From the IMG/VR virus record IMGVR_UViG_3300011891_000004: DNA of 36,787 nt; one strand, written 5' to 3'. Within the stretch, counting starts at the first letter, position 1; every line of letters starts with the position of its first letter. A program made the translations under genes and the position numbers. This document shows positions 6,836 through 16,616 of the stretch, piece after piece. A model generated the notes under the pieces. The model worked only from the letters and a program-made list of their open reading frames with translations. It did not search any database and was not told the DNA's origin. The stretch is from a virus.

Positions 6836-8899
6836 TTAGATTATAATTCCGTCTAAACATAACCAATCTCTTTGTACTTGGTTATCTTTAGCACAATATA
6901 GCTCCCCTTCAGGAGATAAAATCAAATAACAATCTTGATAATCTCCCGTAATTGCTCGAATATAGACTTTCTTTTTCGGGTTATATTCTTTAGGAAGCGT
7001 AAATATCGTTCCGCCACGATTGATATATGTTCCACCTTGACAACTACCCCTCAAATAGATTCTACCCTCTGAATCTCTACGATATTGAACATTCGTTTCG
7101 TTCCAACCATAATGCTTCCATCCATTCGTAAGAGGAGCATCATGCCATTCACCAAAGAGTGGTACATTGCTCGGAGTGAACTGAACCCATGGATGCCATC
7201 CTGTGACAGGCGTTTTTCGTCTCATATAGATGACATTCCTATCGTATGGTGTATATGTTTGCATCACATAATTCTCATCACTTGGATGAGTATTCACTTG
7301 GATGTATCCATATAATTGAGAGCCCGTCAAATTTGACGGGAGGTCGCTCATCCCGTTAGAGTAGAACATCCCAGTCTTCATCAATTCATTTGCGGATCCT
7401 GTCATCTTTATGGACTTACCATCGATTTGAGTTAATCTCCCAACTTGCACGAGTTCATTGTGTGAGTAGATGTCACCCTTCGCATCGATTGTCCCTCGTT
7501 CCCACACCTTTCCAAATCCTGTTCCCTTTGGAGTTCTACATTGAACTACCTCTTCGGGTCCCACGATTGGAGCGGTGAATGTGAAGCTTGCATAAGCATC
7601 CGAGATTGTACCTTCGACAATCCAAGCCTTATCAGCAGCGAATGCCCCAAACAAGTCCGAATTTGAATTCGTGAGTGAGTTGATGACTAATGAATCAACT
7701 CCTCCGCCCTTGTTGTCCGTGAAGTATCCGTCATAAGCGGGTTTGACTTTGAATTTCAAACGCATTGGATTCTTCTGAACTCCATCGACCATGAGTGGTG
7801 CGATTTTGGCCATTCTTCGGACAACAATCGTTTGTTGGTCTCCACCACCTCGAACCGCTTCGAACGATAGCATTGGAGCGAAGTATTGAAGCACCTTGAT
7901 TGGTACGGTCACAACATTGGACTTGAGCCCACGACTATCGATGACATACGCTTCGACATTGTAATCACCATAATTCTTGAAGAATTGGAATGTGCCACCA
8001 TTCGAGGTGATTGCCATCTTCTGACCTACGACCTCAGCATGGAATGTCTTGATTGTGGATCCGTAAGTGCCCTCCATCCCTTTGAACGTTCCTACCATCT
8101 CGGAGAACGTTTGGACGAATGTATTCTTGCCCACGATGTCTTTGGTTGCTTTGGCTTTGTCCACAAGCTCAATGCTCTCAAGCGTTGGTTGTGTTCCACT
8201 AGGGAGCCCGATATACCATCCAATGCTATACTCATCAATTCCGATTTGTTTGTCGCCATCAAACGTTCGAACACAAATATCAAATGTGCTCGATGCCACG
8301 TTCACATTCTTTCGTGCATTCTCGGGCGAAGGAGTGAATTTTACTGTCGTTCCAAGTCCTGTTCCTAAATCGTACCAATCAGAGCCCCACACCTTGTACC
8401 AGACTTGGTGAGTAAACGATTCGACCTTTCTGTCGAGTGTGACTGTGAGCTCTTGTCCAAGCTCTCTCGTTCCAGATACGGATGCGACCTTCGACATTCT
8501 TGGAATCTTAGCGAATGTTTGTGTGAAGCTCGTATCGATTGAGCCCAAATACCATCCACCATAATTGATGCCACTCGTTGAGCCCGACCACAAGAGAATC
8601 TTGCGTGTCGCTTGTCCATCTTCATCGTGTGTGAATGTAAAGTCCACACTTCCAAGAGAACGCTCTGAGCCTTTGATGAAGAGGTGCTCAATTTTTAAGT
8701 ACTTGTTTTGCCCCGCAAGTTGCACTCCCATATATGCCCCGTAGGTCGGGTCAAATTGTATTTCATATCCACCGGGGTCATTCCCGATGTACAAGCTTAC
8801 TCGTGCGGTCGTAGTATTCGCCACACGGTCTTGGGATAGCGTACTCACTTCATATCGAATATAAGTGTGCCAGTTCCCGTCGAAGTATTGAATTCCCAT
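6836..8899 (-). CDS. Large tail-tip / receptor-binding protein
   Basis: A 687-aa ORF immediately after the Tal-like gene, with RBS AAAGGAGG. The N-terminus resembles siphovirus DUF859-type tail proteins; this comes from memory of the family and has not been searched. Confidence 0.6.
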   Translation of the reverse strand: MGIQYFDGNWHTYIRYEVSTLSQDRVANTTTARVSLYIGNDPGGYEIQFDPTYGAYMGVQLAGQNKYLKIEHLFIKGSERSLGSVDFTFTHDEDGQATRKILLWSGSTSGINYGGWYLGSIDTSFTQTFAKIPRMSKVASVSGTRELGQELTVTLDRKVESFTHQVWYKVWGSDWYDLGTGLGTTVKFTPSPENARKNVNVASSTFDICVRTFDGDKQIGIDEYSIGWYIGLPSGTQPTLESIELVDKAKATKDIVGKNTFVQTFSEMVGTFKGMEGTYGSTIKTFHAEVVGQKMAITSNGGTFQFFKNYGDYNVEAYVIDSRGLKSNVVTVPIKVLQYFAPMLSFEAVRGGGDQQTIVVRRMAKIAPLMVDGVQKNPMRLKFKVKPAYDGYFTDNKGGGVDSLVINSLTNSNSDLFGAFAADKAWIVEGTISDAYASFTFTAPIVGPEEVVQCRTPKGTGFGKVWERGTIDAKGDIYSHNELVQVGRLTQIDGKSIKMTGSANELMKTGMFYSNGMSDLPSNLTGSQLYGYIQVNTHPSDENYVMQTYTPYDRNVIYMRRKTPVTGWHPWVQFTPSNVPLFGEWHDAPLTNGWKHYGWNETNVQYRRDSEGRIYLRGSCQGGTYINRGGTIFTLPKEYNPKKKVYIRAITGDYQDCYLILSPEGELYCAKDNQVQRDWLCLDGIII

Positions 8900-8914
8900 C
8901 TTTTACCTCCTTTC

Positions 8915-10852
8915 CTACGGTCCTACGTAACGAATTACGTTGAATTTTGGATTCACGTTGTATTGAGATTCTACATAGTAACCAATCTGAATCGATTTCG
9001 TGAACACCCCATTGTCAATGTGGATAACCCCTTGTGAGATGCTCATGACTTCTCGTCCACCAGACATCATCGAGATTCGATTGTCAGACACAAGAATCGA
9101 GCTATCCCCTTGAGGATTCCCAATCGAGAGTCCTTCATTCCCGAATTTCATGTTCCTGTCGATTGCGTTCCAAATAGCTGTCATAGAGCCTAAGTCATTT
9201 TGAATCCCAATCATGCGTTGAGAGAGCGACACAAGGTCATCTTGTGCTTGCTTTCTGTCTGATTCGTTCGACTTGACGAACGCTTCATATTTAGCCTTCC
9301 ACTCCAAGACCGTCTCAAGAGTTGCTTTCGCCTTCATCTCTTGCATCATCACCAAATGTTTGTCTTGTAGATGTTTCAATTGGTCTTCTGTGATGAGCTT
9401 GTCCGCCTTCATCTCGAGCTTTGCTTCGACTTCTTTGATTGGCTTCTTGAAGTCCTCGACACTTGATACATCGAAGTAAATTTTTCCATCCCTTACTTCC
9501 ATGATGGGCTTGCTGCCATTCGTGATGGAGATTCGATTCAAATCAAGCGAGCCCGCTGTGATTTGTCGTGCGTTGATTTCTAATGACTGAATCAATCCAG
9601 CACTAATCTTCTTAGCAATCACTTCATCAGTTGTTATCGTCTCGATAATCTTGTTCAAATCAGCGGTGTCCACCTTACGAACCCATTGACCGTCTACACG
9701 TTCAAACATGATGGCATATCCACCACTAGGCTTCATCCACTTGTCGCCCTCTTTTGGATTGATAGGCTCAGCCTCATCCAAATATAAGCGACCAATCTTG
9801 GTCGTAAGACTCTCAATGTAATCAAGTTTTTCTTGGACGGGTCCACGATACTTGTATTGTGATTGAGATTGCCCCGATTCTTTTGCATTCGTCTTCGAAC
9901 TCAATCCACCATCGAATGTGATGTGATGCGAGAACACAGGAATGTCGAATCGTGTATTCTCCGAACCCCAATAAACTGAGACCCAATCACCAGGTTCGGT
10001 GTCGATATCGCCTCGCCATGATAATTCGTATGGATAGAAGCTCAAATCTCGATACTTGTTGTACAATCTATCGAGCAATTGTTGAGTCATCCATGGATTC
10101 TTGAGAACCATCTTGTTCCCCGAGCGGTTTCCTGATACAATCTTGGTCTTATCGACAGTACATTCAATGGATCCGAGTTTGTACTTGATTTCGTCTCGTA
10201 CTAGCCCAGTAGCTCCATATTGGCTTCTCGTGATTTGTTTCGTTGTAGCCTTCAAATCGATGAAGTCGAGCTTGCCATCACGATTGAATCGTGCGAACGT
10301 GCCATCCAATTGAGCAAGATACATGATTGCATCTCTGAATGTTGCTTTCTCCAATTTTGTCTTGATGGACACATCTGGGAGATTGATTGCATCACTCACA
10401 GGAATTCCAGTCATCGTCACGATTTCTTGGAAGACTTCTCGGGACCCTGTTGGATACGAGAGTTTGCTTTCATACGTTCCAAGCAATCTCACGAATTCAT
10501 CTTGAAGTTTTAATTTTGTAATTTTTGAGTTACGGTCGAGCTTGATTTCGGTCACAAAAAAACGACCAAGGGGCAACATTGCCGCTTGACCGTCAATTGT
10601 TTGAACACCGAGGCTCGCTGTTGATGGCATCATCTCCTCAATTCCTTCAATTATCTGATTCAGTTCGACCGATAGTGAATTGATGAATGTGCCACCGGGA
10701 ATGAACGATGAGCCTCCAGAGATGGAAGCATCATGTTCGATTTTCTTTAGATGTGACTTATCATAAGTCTGATTGTTGAGCGTGAATGAAGCGTGAATCA
10801 CTCGAACATCAGACACAATCGCATCTCTATACTCTTGTGTTGTTTCCAGCAT
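8915..10852 (-). CDS. Tail-associated (Tal-like) minor structural protein
   Basis: Sits after the tape measure and the Dit-position gene. It is 645 aa with a coiled-coil centre. The start was refined to the ATG at 10852 behind AGGAGTG. Confidence 0.65.
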   Translation of the reverse strand: MLETTQEYRDAIVSDVRVIHASFTLNNQTYDKSHLKKIEHDASISGGSSFIPGGTFINSLSVELNQIIEGIEEMMPSTASLGVQTIDGQAAMLPLGRFFVTEIKLDRNSKITKLKLQDEFVRLLGTYESKLSYPTGSREVFQEIVTMTGIPVSDAINLPDVSIKTKLEKATFRDAIMYLAQLDGTFARFNRDGKLDFIDLKATTKQITRSQYGATGLVRDEIKYKLGSIECTVDKTKIVSGNRSGNKMVLKNPWMTQQLLDRLYNKYRDLSFYPYELSWRGDIDTEPGDWVSVYWGSENTRFDIPVFSHHITFDGGLSSKTNAKESGQSQSQYKYRGPVQEKLDYIESLTTKIGRLYLDEAEPINPKEGDKWMKPSGGYAIMFERVDGQWVRKVDTADLNKIIETITTDEVIAKKISAGLIQSLEINARQITAGSLDLNRISITNGSKPIMEVRDGKIYFDVSSVEDFKKPIKEVEAKLEMKADKLITEDQLKHLQDKHLVMMQEMKAKATLETVLEWKAKYEAFVKSNESDRKQAQDDLVSLSQRMIGIQNDLGSMTAIWNAIDRNMKFGNEGLSIGNPQGDSSILVSDNRISMMSGGREVMSISQGVIHIDNGVFTKSIQIGYYVESQYNVNPKFNVIRYVGP

Positions 10853-10862
10853 TTCATCACTC

Positions 10863-11201
10863 CTATTGCTCAATGAACGATGTCGATACATCGTTGTAGT
10901 AAGTTATGCCATCACTAAATGTCCCAAGACAACTTCCCGAGATTGTGCTTCGATACGCTCTAATTGATTGACCTAGCACGACCGCATTGAAGAATCCGCT
11001 TGGGATATTTCGAATGGCGTTATATTCATCTTGAGTTAAGATTCCCCAAGAGATTTGAATTGTTTTCTTGTTTGCGATGACATCTCCGCTCATTTGACCG
11101 TTCGCACTTCGACCAGTCCCAGAGCTCCAAATGATTTCATCGCTGTTTGATATAGACACAGGAGATGCAAGAGCAACTCCATTCACTGTGATTTCGCTCA
11201 C
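10863..11201 (-). CDS. Small tail protein at the distal-tail (Dit) position (112 aa)
   Basis: Lies directly between the tape measure and the Tal-like gene. The probable start is the GTG at 11201, 6 nt after TAGGAGGTG. Confidence 0.5.
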   Translation of the reverse strand: MSEITVNGVALASPVSISNSDEIIWSSGTGRSANGQMSGDVIANKKTIQISWGILTQDEYNAIRNIPSGFFNAVVLGQSIRAYRSTISGSCLGTFSDGITYYNDVSTSFIEQ

Positions 11202-11213
11202 TCTATGCACCTC

Positions 11214-14200
11214 CTAGAAATCAAGTAGTGGTTGATTTGTTCTTCTTTGAATTTCGTTTCCGATTTCAAAGATTTTTCTTGTGACCGATTCGCCATCGAT
11301 ATTCAAATCCATTCCAGCCACTAATGTGACTAATTGTCTTAGTAAAGCAACTACTTCCGCACTACTGTTCGAATCTTTCGATAAGCGAGCAGCCTCACGA
11401 GCCATCGCAAGCATCTTGTTCTCTGGTGCCACAATTTCCCCGTAGTGCTTGTTATCCCCAATCATTGCAAGTTGTGGAGTGTTCGCCTTAACGAATCCCC
11501 CTTGAGCCAACATTGGGATTTGAGGAGTGCTGATTCTACCAATCCAAGCAAATGGGCTCACACCCATCACGCTGATTCCACGAATTCCATCAAGGATTCC
11601 ATTGATTCCGTTGAATGGGATGGTGATTACTCGGTTAATACCTCCGATGATTCCATTCACGACCGTTTTGAACGTTCCGAGAATACCTTCAGTAATTCCC
11701 ATGAAGATTCGTCCACCAGTTGAGAAGACATCTCGAACGCCTGCCCAAGCTTTTGAGAAGATGTTGCTAAACCAGTTCGGAATCGTTGAGAAGATGCTCG
11801 TAATCGTGTTCCAAGCTCCTTGGAAGATGCCTCGGAAGAACTCAACCACACCAGAGAACACCGCTTTGATGCCTCCCCAAATGCCGCTAAACCATGAACC
11901 TGCTACACTAAACACGTTCACGATTCCATTCCATGCGTTCTTGAACATCGTCCCGAACCATGTTGCCACGTTCGAAAGTGCGTTCACCACATCGTTCCAT
12001 CTATCCTTGAACCATTGACCAATAGCCTTGAATACATTCACGATGCTGTTCCAAGCGTTTGAGAACATAGTTGAAAACCATGTCGCTACATTCGAGAATG
12101 CTGTCACGATGTCATTCCAACGATCCGCAAACCATTGACCGATTCCACTGAATATCGCCACAATACCATCCCAAGCAGCTTGGAAGCCTTCTGGGATTGC
12201 TGTCATTGCTTTGTCAGCAAATTCAGCGATTGCGGTCACACCATTTCCAAGAATATCGAAAATCCAACTTAAGAAGTCGAATAAGCCTTTCAATGCGAGT
12301 GAGACTCCAGCGATTGCAGCAAGCAAGAGTCCACCTAGCACACCCGCAATCACACCAAGAACGGGTCCTAATGAGCTCGCAAGTAGATTGTATAGTGGTT
12401 CAAGTGCTGTCCAAATCCTGCTTATAGCTTCCACAATGCTTGAGATGGCATTGCCTAGTGAATCAATCATCGGCTTCACATATTGGTCGTACACTTCACC
12501 AAATGCTTTTCCAACTTTTTCAAGGATTGGATTCACATGATTATTGAATCCATCGATAATCGTTCCAACCAACCCCGAAATCATATCACCCCATTGAAGA
12601 ATCAACGGTCCGATACTATTATCGTACACACGTTTAAACATCGAACCAACATCTCCGACAGCTCTTTCGACTGTCTTGAAGATTGGAGCGATATTTTTCA
12701 ACATTGTATTGAACGCTTCTGTGAGCTTCGGAGCGTTCTTCGTGATAATCGTCTCGAAAGCCTTCATCAAGTCACGACCAAGTTTCGCTCCGATTTCTTT
12801 GATATCAACGTATAGACTAATGAATGCCCCTGCGATGGCTTCTCCTATTTTCACAGCCCCTTCGCTCGTTAATACCTTGTAAATGGAATCACCGATAGCT
12901 TGAGCAATGTTCCCAGCAGCTTTCATCATGTCCCCTGTCGCATCCATTGTATTGACAAGAGCTTTTTTGATTTGTTCTTTGTGATTGTCTAGTGCATTCG
13001 CAATGGATTCAGTAAGGAATACACCGATTCCCACTCCAACAGAAGCAATCGCACCAGTAAACTGTCCCAAAGCATAAGCCCACTTATCAAGCATCGTGTT
13101 GAATGATTGAACGACTTGTGGATCCGTGAAGATTTCTTGGAGGGTAGCTCCGATTCGTTCGAGAGCCACTTTCATTCTCTCCAAACCTTCAGAGTGGAAT
13201 GCGGCATCGAATCCAGCTTTGAATTTGGCTAAGAGCTCACCAATTCGTCCAAAGAGGTCTTCGAAGAATTTCTTCAATTGGTTGTCCCCTTCGGCAATCT
13301 TGCCCATGTCAACTTGAGCACCTTTTGGTTGGCCGCCTCCGCCACCTCCGCCGCCTTTTCCTTTGCCTTTACCTCCACCACCGCCGCCTCCGCCTCCGCC
13401 AGAGTCGTCATTCGGCTCGGATAGTTTGTTGATTTTGTCAAAGCCCATCAAGGACTTCATTTCTTTCGCTGCCTTCTTAGCAGCACCGCCAGCCTTGTCA
13501 GCAGCTCCACCAGCATCATCCACAGCATCAGCCATGTCGCCAGCTCCACCACCTGCCCCTTGCATATTGTCCGCAAGGTTCCCGACAGCATCGGCGGTCT
13601 CTTGTATTCCACTACCAGCTTGTGACTTCTTGCCCGTTAAGAGCTCAGTAAGAGCCCTAAATGCGTTCCCGACAGTCAATAGCTTACTTAGTAGGAAGTT
13701 AAGAACTTGAATCACAGGCGTGAACAGATTGATGAGTCCTTGTCCAACGGATGCCATGAACGATTGGAATTGAAGCTTCATGATCCGCACTTGGTTCGCC
13801 CATGAATCGCTCGTCCTTGCGAAGTCACCACTTGCAAGAGCTAACTGACTTTGAACGAATGCGAATCTAAGAGCCACTTTCTCCGCCTCAGACATCTCAG
13901 CTGTGGTCTTTCCAAATCCATTCGCCATCGCATATGCATCGAGGGCTGTTTGTGTCATTACGACCCCTAAGTCCTTCAATGTTTCGGTCTCACCTGTGAA
14001 TACAGATTTCAATTTCGTGTACGCCTCGTCTTGGCTTATGTTGTAGAATGATGCTACATCCCCCGCCAAGCTCGTCAACGCTGTGGACATCTCATAGGCT
14101 TGTTGTTCGCTGAATCCAAAAGCCTTGGACATTGCACCGAATGTCCCTGTGTAGCGTTTAGCCATCGTCTCAGACAATCCCGATGCGTACATTGCCGATT

Positions 14201-14447
14201 TTGCGAATTCGTCAACTTGTTTAGACATCTTAGGGAATGCCACATCGACCACGTTTTGAACCTCATTCAAATCGGATCCGAGCTTGATTGCCTCAGAACC
14301 AAAATCAATTAGTTTCTTGACCGCAAACGCACCAGCAAGGACTTTCGCAAAGCCCATGACTTTTTGCTGGATTCCGTTCAATTGATTCGTGAACCCTTGT
14401 TGATTCACGACCAATCCCAATTCAACATCGCCGATTTTAGTTGCCAT
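11214..14447 (-). CDS. Tape measure protein
   Basis: A 1077-aa ORF after the chaperone pair. It is hydrophobic and helical, with a poly-Gly tract and W/F-rich tandem repeats. Confidence 0.9.
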   Translation of the reverse strand: MATKIGDVELGLVVNQQGFTNQLNGIQQKVMGFAKVLAGAFAVKKLIDFGSEAIKLGSDLNEVQNVVDVAFPKMSKQVDEFAKSAMYASGLSETMAKRYTGTFGAMSKAFGFSEQQAYEMSTALTSLAGDVASFYNISQDEAYTKLKSVFTGETETLKDLGVVMTQTALDAYAMANGFGKTTAEMSEAEKVALRFAFVQSQLALASGDFARTSDSWANQVRIMKLQFQSFMASVGQGLINLFTPVIQVLNFLLSKLLTVGNAFRALTELLTGKKSQAGSGIQETADAVGNLADNMQGAGGGAGDMADAVDDAGGAADKAGGAAKKAAKEMKSLMGFDKINKLSEPNDDSGGGGGGGGGGKGKGKGGGGGGGGQPKGAQVDMGKIAEGDNQLKKFFEDLFGRIGELLAKFKAGFDAAFHSEGLERMKVALERIGATLQEIFTDPQVVQSFNTMLDKWAYALGQFTGAIASVGVGIGVFLTESIANALDNHKEQIKKALVNTMDATGDMMKAAGNIAQAIGDSIYKVLTSEGAVKIGEAIAGAFISLYVDIKEIGAKLGRDLMKAFETIITKNAPKLTEAFNTMLKNIAPIFKTVERAVGDVGSMFKRVYDNSIGPLILQWGDMISGLVGTIIDGFNNHVNPILEKVGKAFGEVYDQYVKPMIDSLGNAISSIVEAISRIWTALEPLYNLLASSLGPVLGVIAGVLGGLLLAAIAGVSLALKGLFDFLSWIFDILGNGVTAIAEFADKAMTAIPEGFQAAWDGIVAIFSGIGQWFADRWNDIVTAFSNVATWFSTMFSNAWNSIVNVFKAIGQWFKDRWNDVVNALSNVATWFGTMFKNAWNGIVNVFSVAGSWFSGIWGGIKAVFSGVVEFFRGIFQGAWNTITSIFSTIPNWFSNIFSKAWAGVRDVFSTGGRIFMGITEGILGTFKTVVNGIIGGINRVITIPFNGINGILDGIRGISVMGVSPFAWIGRISTPQIPMLAQGGFVKANTPQLAMIGDNKHYGEIVAPENKMLAMAREAARLSKDSNSSAEVVALLRQLVTLVAGMDLNIDGESVTRKIFEIGNEIQRRTNQPLLDF
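11880..12150 (-). repeat. About 2.3 diverged copies of a 120-bp (40-aa) tandem repeat inside the tape measure gene
   Basis: CCATTGACC recurs at 12012 and 12132. The protein repeats are GQWFxDRWNDxVxAxSNVATWFxTMFxNAWNxIVNVF. Confidence 0.8.
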
Positions 14448-14463
14448 TTGTCCACCTCCTTAC

Positions 14464-14754
14464 TTACCATTCAGAAAAGGCTTGTTGAAGTTCCTTGAGA
14501 ACCGCATCAAGCTCTTCTTGTGTTCGTTGTTTCGCTCGTTTATTTCGCCACTCGTCTCGGATTCGATGTTGTCCCGGTGAGAACGATTCGAGCATTTTTG
14601 GGTCGTCCTCGCTTCGAATTTGGATAATTCGTCCGAGAGGAGTCTCCGATGAAAGTCCAGAGACTAGAGCTCTGAATTCTTTCCATTTCATTTCTTTAAA
14701 ATCATATGAATAGAACGAGATGCCATATTGCGTTCTAAAAGATGAGACCATCAA
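14464..14754 (-). CDS. Tail assembly chaperone, T-frame segment (expressed as a G-T fusion by -1 frameshift)
   Basis: This frame stays open upstream to 14832, overlaps the end of the G ORF, and lacks its own RBS. The position before the tape measure gene is canonical. Confidence 0.7.
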   Translation of the reverse strand: MMVSSFRTQYGISFYSYDFKEMKWKEFRALVSGLSSETPLGRIIQIRSEDDPKMLESFSPGQHRIRDEWRNKRAKQRTQEELDAVLKELQQAFSEW

Positions 14755-14789
14755 GTCCCAATCTTCAAAAATGTCGTAATATGGCTCAC

Positions 14790-14802
14790 CTATTCCCCCG
14801 CT
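14790..14802 (-). promoter_or_regulatory. Candidate -1 frameshift site: GCG GGG GAA TAG (G5 run just before the G stop)
   Basis: The T frame is -1 relative to the G frame. The G5 run (complement of 14795..14799) lies within the 43-nt overlap window. Confidence 0.5.
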
Positions 14803-15089
14803 TCTTGGTCTCCTACAATCAAATTGATTGCCTCACGAATGAGAGCCATCCAGCTTTTTAGATTTAAACTTAATTTTTCAATCTTCACACGGTCTTGTTC
14901 GTTGAAGATGATTTCATACAAGCTCTTCATTTGGGCAACAGTCGGATCCCCATCAACGCCACTCATCACTTCCATGAGCTTGAGTGCTGTTGGAGCTGAA
15001 TCATCTACTTCGATGGTTACGTTCTTGATTTTGATTTTTGGTTTTGATTCAAAGTTTAGTTGTTCTGTGATGTCGATAATCTTACCCAT
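14790..15089 (-). CDS. Tail assembly chaperone (gpG-like)
   Basis: A 99-aa acidic ORF upstream of the T segment and tape measure gene, with a TAATG junction to the upstream ORF. Confidence 0.75.
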   Translation of the reverse strand: MGKIIDITEQLNFESKPKIKIKNVTIEVDDSAPTALKLMEVMSGVDGDPTVAQMKSLYEIIFNEQDRVKIEKLSLNLKSWMALIREAINLIVGDQEAGE

Positions 15090-15298
15090 TATTCAAATAC
15101 CTCGCTTTTCATTGTTGTGAATACTTCTGTCGTTTCTGTTTCTTCTACTTCACCGATAAGTGGAACACCAATTCGATTGTGTTCGGTCGTCAATTCGTGG
15201 ATTCGTTCATCCGTCATTCCTGTTGTATCGAATTCATCACCGACTTTGTATTCCTTGCGAGTTTCCGCATCGATGAAGTTGATTAGTGCTTTATGCAT
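15089..15298 (-). CDS. Hypothetical protein (69 aa, acidic)
   Basis: RBS is AAGGAGGAAAACTA-ATG. It lies between the major tail and chaperone genes. Confidence 0.55.
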   Translation of the reverse strand: MHKALINFIDAETRKEYKVGDEFDTTGMTDERIHELTTEHNRIGVPLIGEVEETETTEVFTTMKSEVFE

Positions 15299-15318
15299 TA
15301 GTTTTCCTCCTTGCCAAA

Positions 15319-15348
15319 TAAAAAAGAGGGGCGATGTTCACCCCTCCA
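15319..15348 (-). terminator. Intrinsic terminator after the major tail protein gene
   Basis: Stem GAGGGG/CCCCTC (15326..15347) followed on the - strand by TTTTTTATTT. Confidence 0.7.
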
Positions 15349-15364
15349 CTTGTTTTCGTGATTC

Positions 15365-15811
15365 TTAGCCTGCCGCTGTATATTCAGGTTTACCATTTGA
15401 CATAATGTCGAATGATAGTGGTGCGGCTGCTGTACTGTCACCAGACATGAAGTCCTTGATGTTGATGACCGCTTCTTTGAAGACTAATTTGGATCCGTCT
15501 GGGAATGTCCATTGGAAGTCTTTTTCAGCATCACGACCATTTTTTAGTGCGATAGCAGCGATTGCATCGTTACCAGTATCACCGATGTGTCGTTTGCCCG
15601 ATACTGAGATTGTAACTGATTTAGCTGTCATCAAGCGGCGTTTCCATCCTTTATGCTCGAATGGAGACCATTCTTCTACACCGTTGTCGAATGATACTGA
15701 AAAGCTTTCTAATTCTTTGATTTCTGTCCAAGTTGGAGCATCTTTAGTCCCTGTGTTTACTTGGAATTGGTTTTCATAGACGGGGAATACCCCTGTTCTT
15801 TTTTCTGCCAT
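15365..15811 (-). CDS. Major tail protein
   Basis: A 148-aa ORF at the canonical position, followed by a terminator. It resembles TP901-1/phi13-type tail tube proteins. Confidence 0.75.
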   Translation of the reverse strand: MAEKRTGVFPVYENQFQVNTGTKDAPTWTEIKELESFSVSFDNGVEEWSPFEHKGWKRRLMTAKSVTISVSGKRHIGDTGNDAIAAIALKNGRDAEKDFQWTFPDGSKLVFKEAVINIKDFMSGDSTAAAPLSFDIMSNGKPEYTAAG

Positions 15812-15813
15812 TT

Positions 15814-16227
15814 TTATTCCTCACTTTCTTGTTCTAGTCTGTAATAGATATCTAATTCGATGACACGTTCGTACACGTTATTGTCATCAGTTCCCACATC
15901 AATGGGCTCGTTCGATAAGAGTCGAATCATTTGGATTGGAGTATCACCAATCACCACGTTCTCAGCCTTTAGGATTTGGTTGAAGAGGTAGTTCGCTCGC
16001 TTTTCTGTTTCGTTCGCATTCTGATTGTGATGAATCAAAATGCTGACCGATTTCACATCATAACTTGCCAAATTCCTCCCACCAATAGCAATTCGTGGTT
16101 CGACATTCGTCTTGCGTTGATAGACTCCGATGCTATACATCTTTTTATTATCGAGTTTCCCGATGTAGTAATTTTGAGCTGCGTGATAGGATTCCAACCA
16201 ATCTCGCACTTCTGCCAATGTTATCAT
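15814..16227 (-). CDS. Tail terminator / tail completion protein
   Basis: Position between the head-tail genes and the major tail protein. The ATG at 16227 sits 7 nt after GGGGGTG; the ORF track starts at the GTG at 16233. Confidence 0.6.
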   Translation of the reverse strand: MITLAEVRDWLESYHAAQNYYIGKLDNKKMYSIGVYQRKTNVEPRIAIGGRNLASYDVKSVSILIHHNQNANETEKRANYLFNQILKAENVVIGDTPIQMIRLLSNEPIDVGTDDNNVYERVIELDIYYRLEQESEE

Positions 16228-16229
16228 CT

Positions 16230-16610
16230 TCACACCCCCGATATTTTCTTGTATAAAGCAGCATAAGCCTTCTTGATGTCCTCTTGTTTCGAACCTTCAA
16301 CCCAATCATCCATCCACTTGCCTCGAGCGTGTGGATTCGTGCTCGTGTTGAAGTTGTATTCGGGATGAAAGTATAATCTTCGAGCGTATGGAGTGGAGTG
16401 TGTCAAAGATACTCGACCACCACTCGAACCAGAGTAATCAACCGAGAACGCCTCGCCTTGCAATGTACCGTCTCTAAACGGGACCACTTGGGCGTTTACA
16501 ATCTCGGTGTGTAAATACTCGCCAGTCTGTTCCAACGCTTGAATTTGAGCCTTCTTGAGCCTTCCAATGACTCCGAAGTCGAACTTCACCCGACTGTTTG
16601 CATGAATCAT
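16230..16610 (-). CDS. Head-tail joining protein (HK97 gp10-like)
   Basis: Position and size fit this role, and it has an RBS (GGAGTG). Confidence 0.6.
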   Translation of the reverse strand: MIHANSRVKFDFGVIGRLKKAQIQALEQTGEYLHTEIVNAQVVPFRDGTLQGEAFSVDYSGSSGGRVSLTHSTPYARRLYFHPEYNFNTSTNPHARGKWMDDWVEGSKQEDIKKAYAALYKKISGV

Positions 16611-16616
16611 CGTCCA

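Noticed and set aside
6836-8899. The receptor-binding gene could be the target of a diversity-generating retroelement.
   Set aside because: There is no reverse transcriptase gene and no template/variable repeat pair anywhere in the genome.
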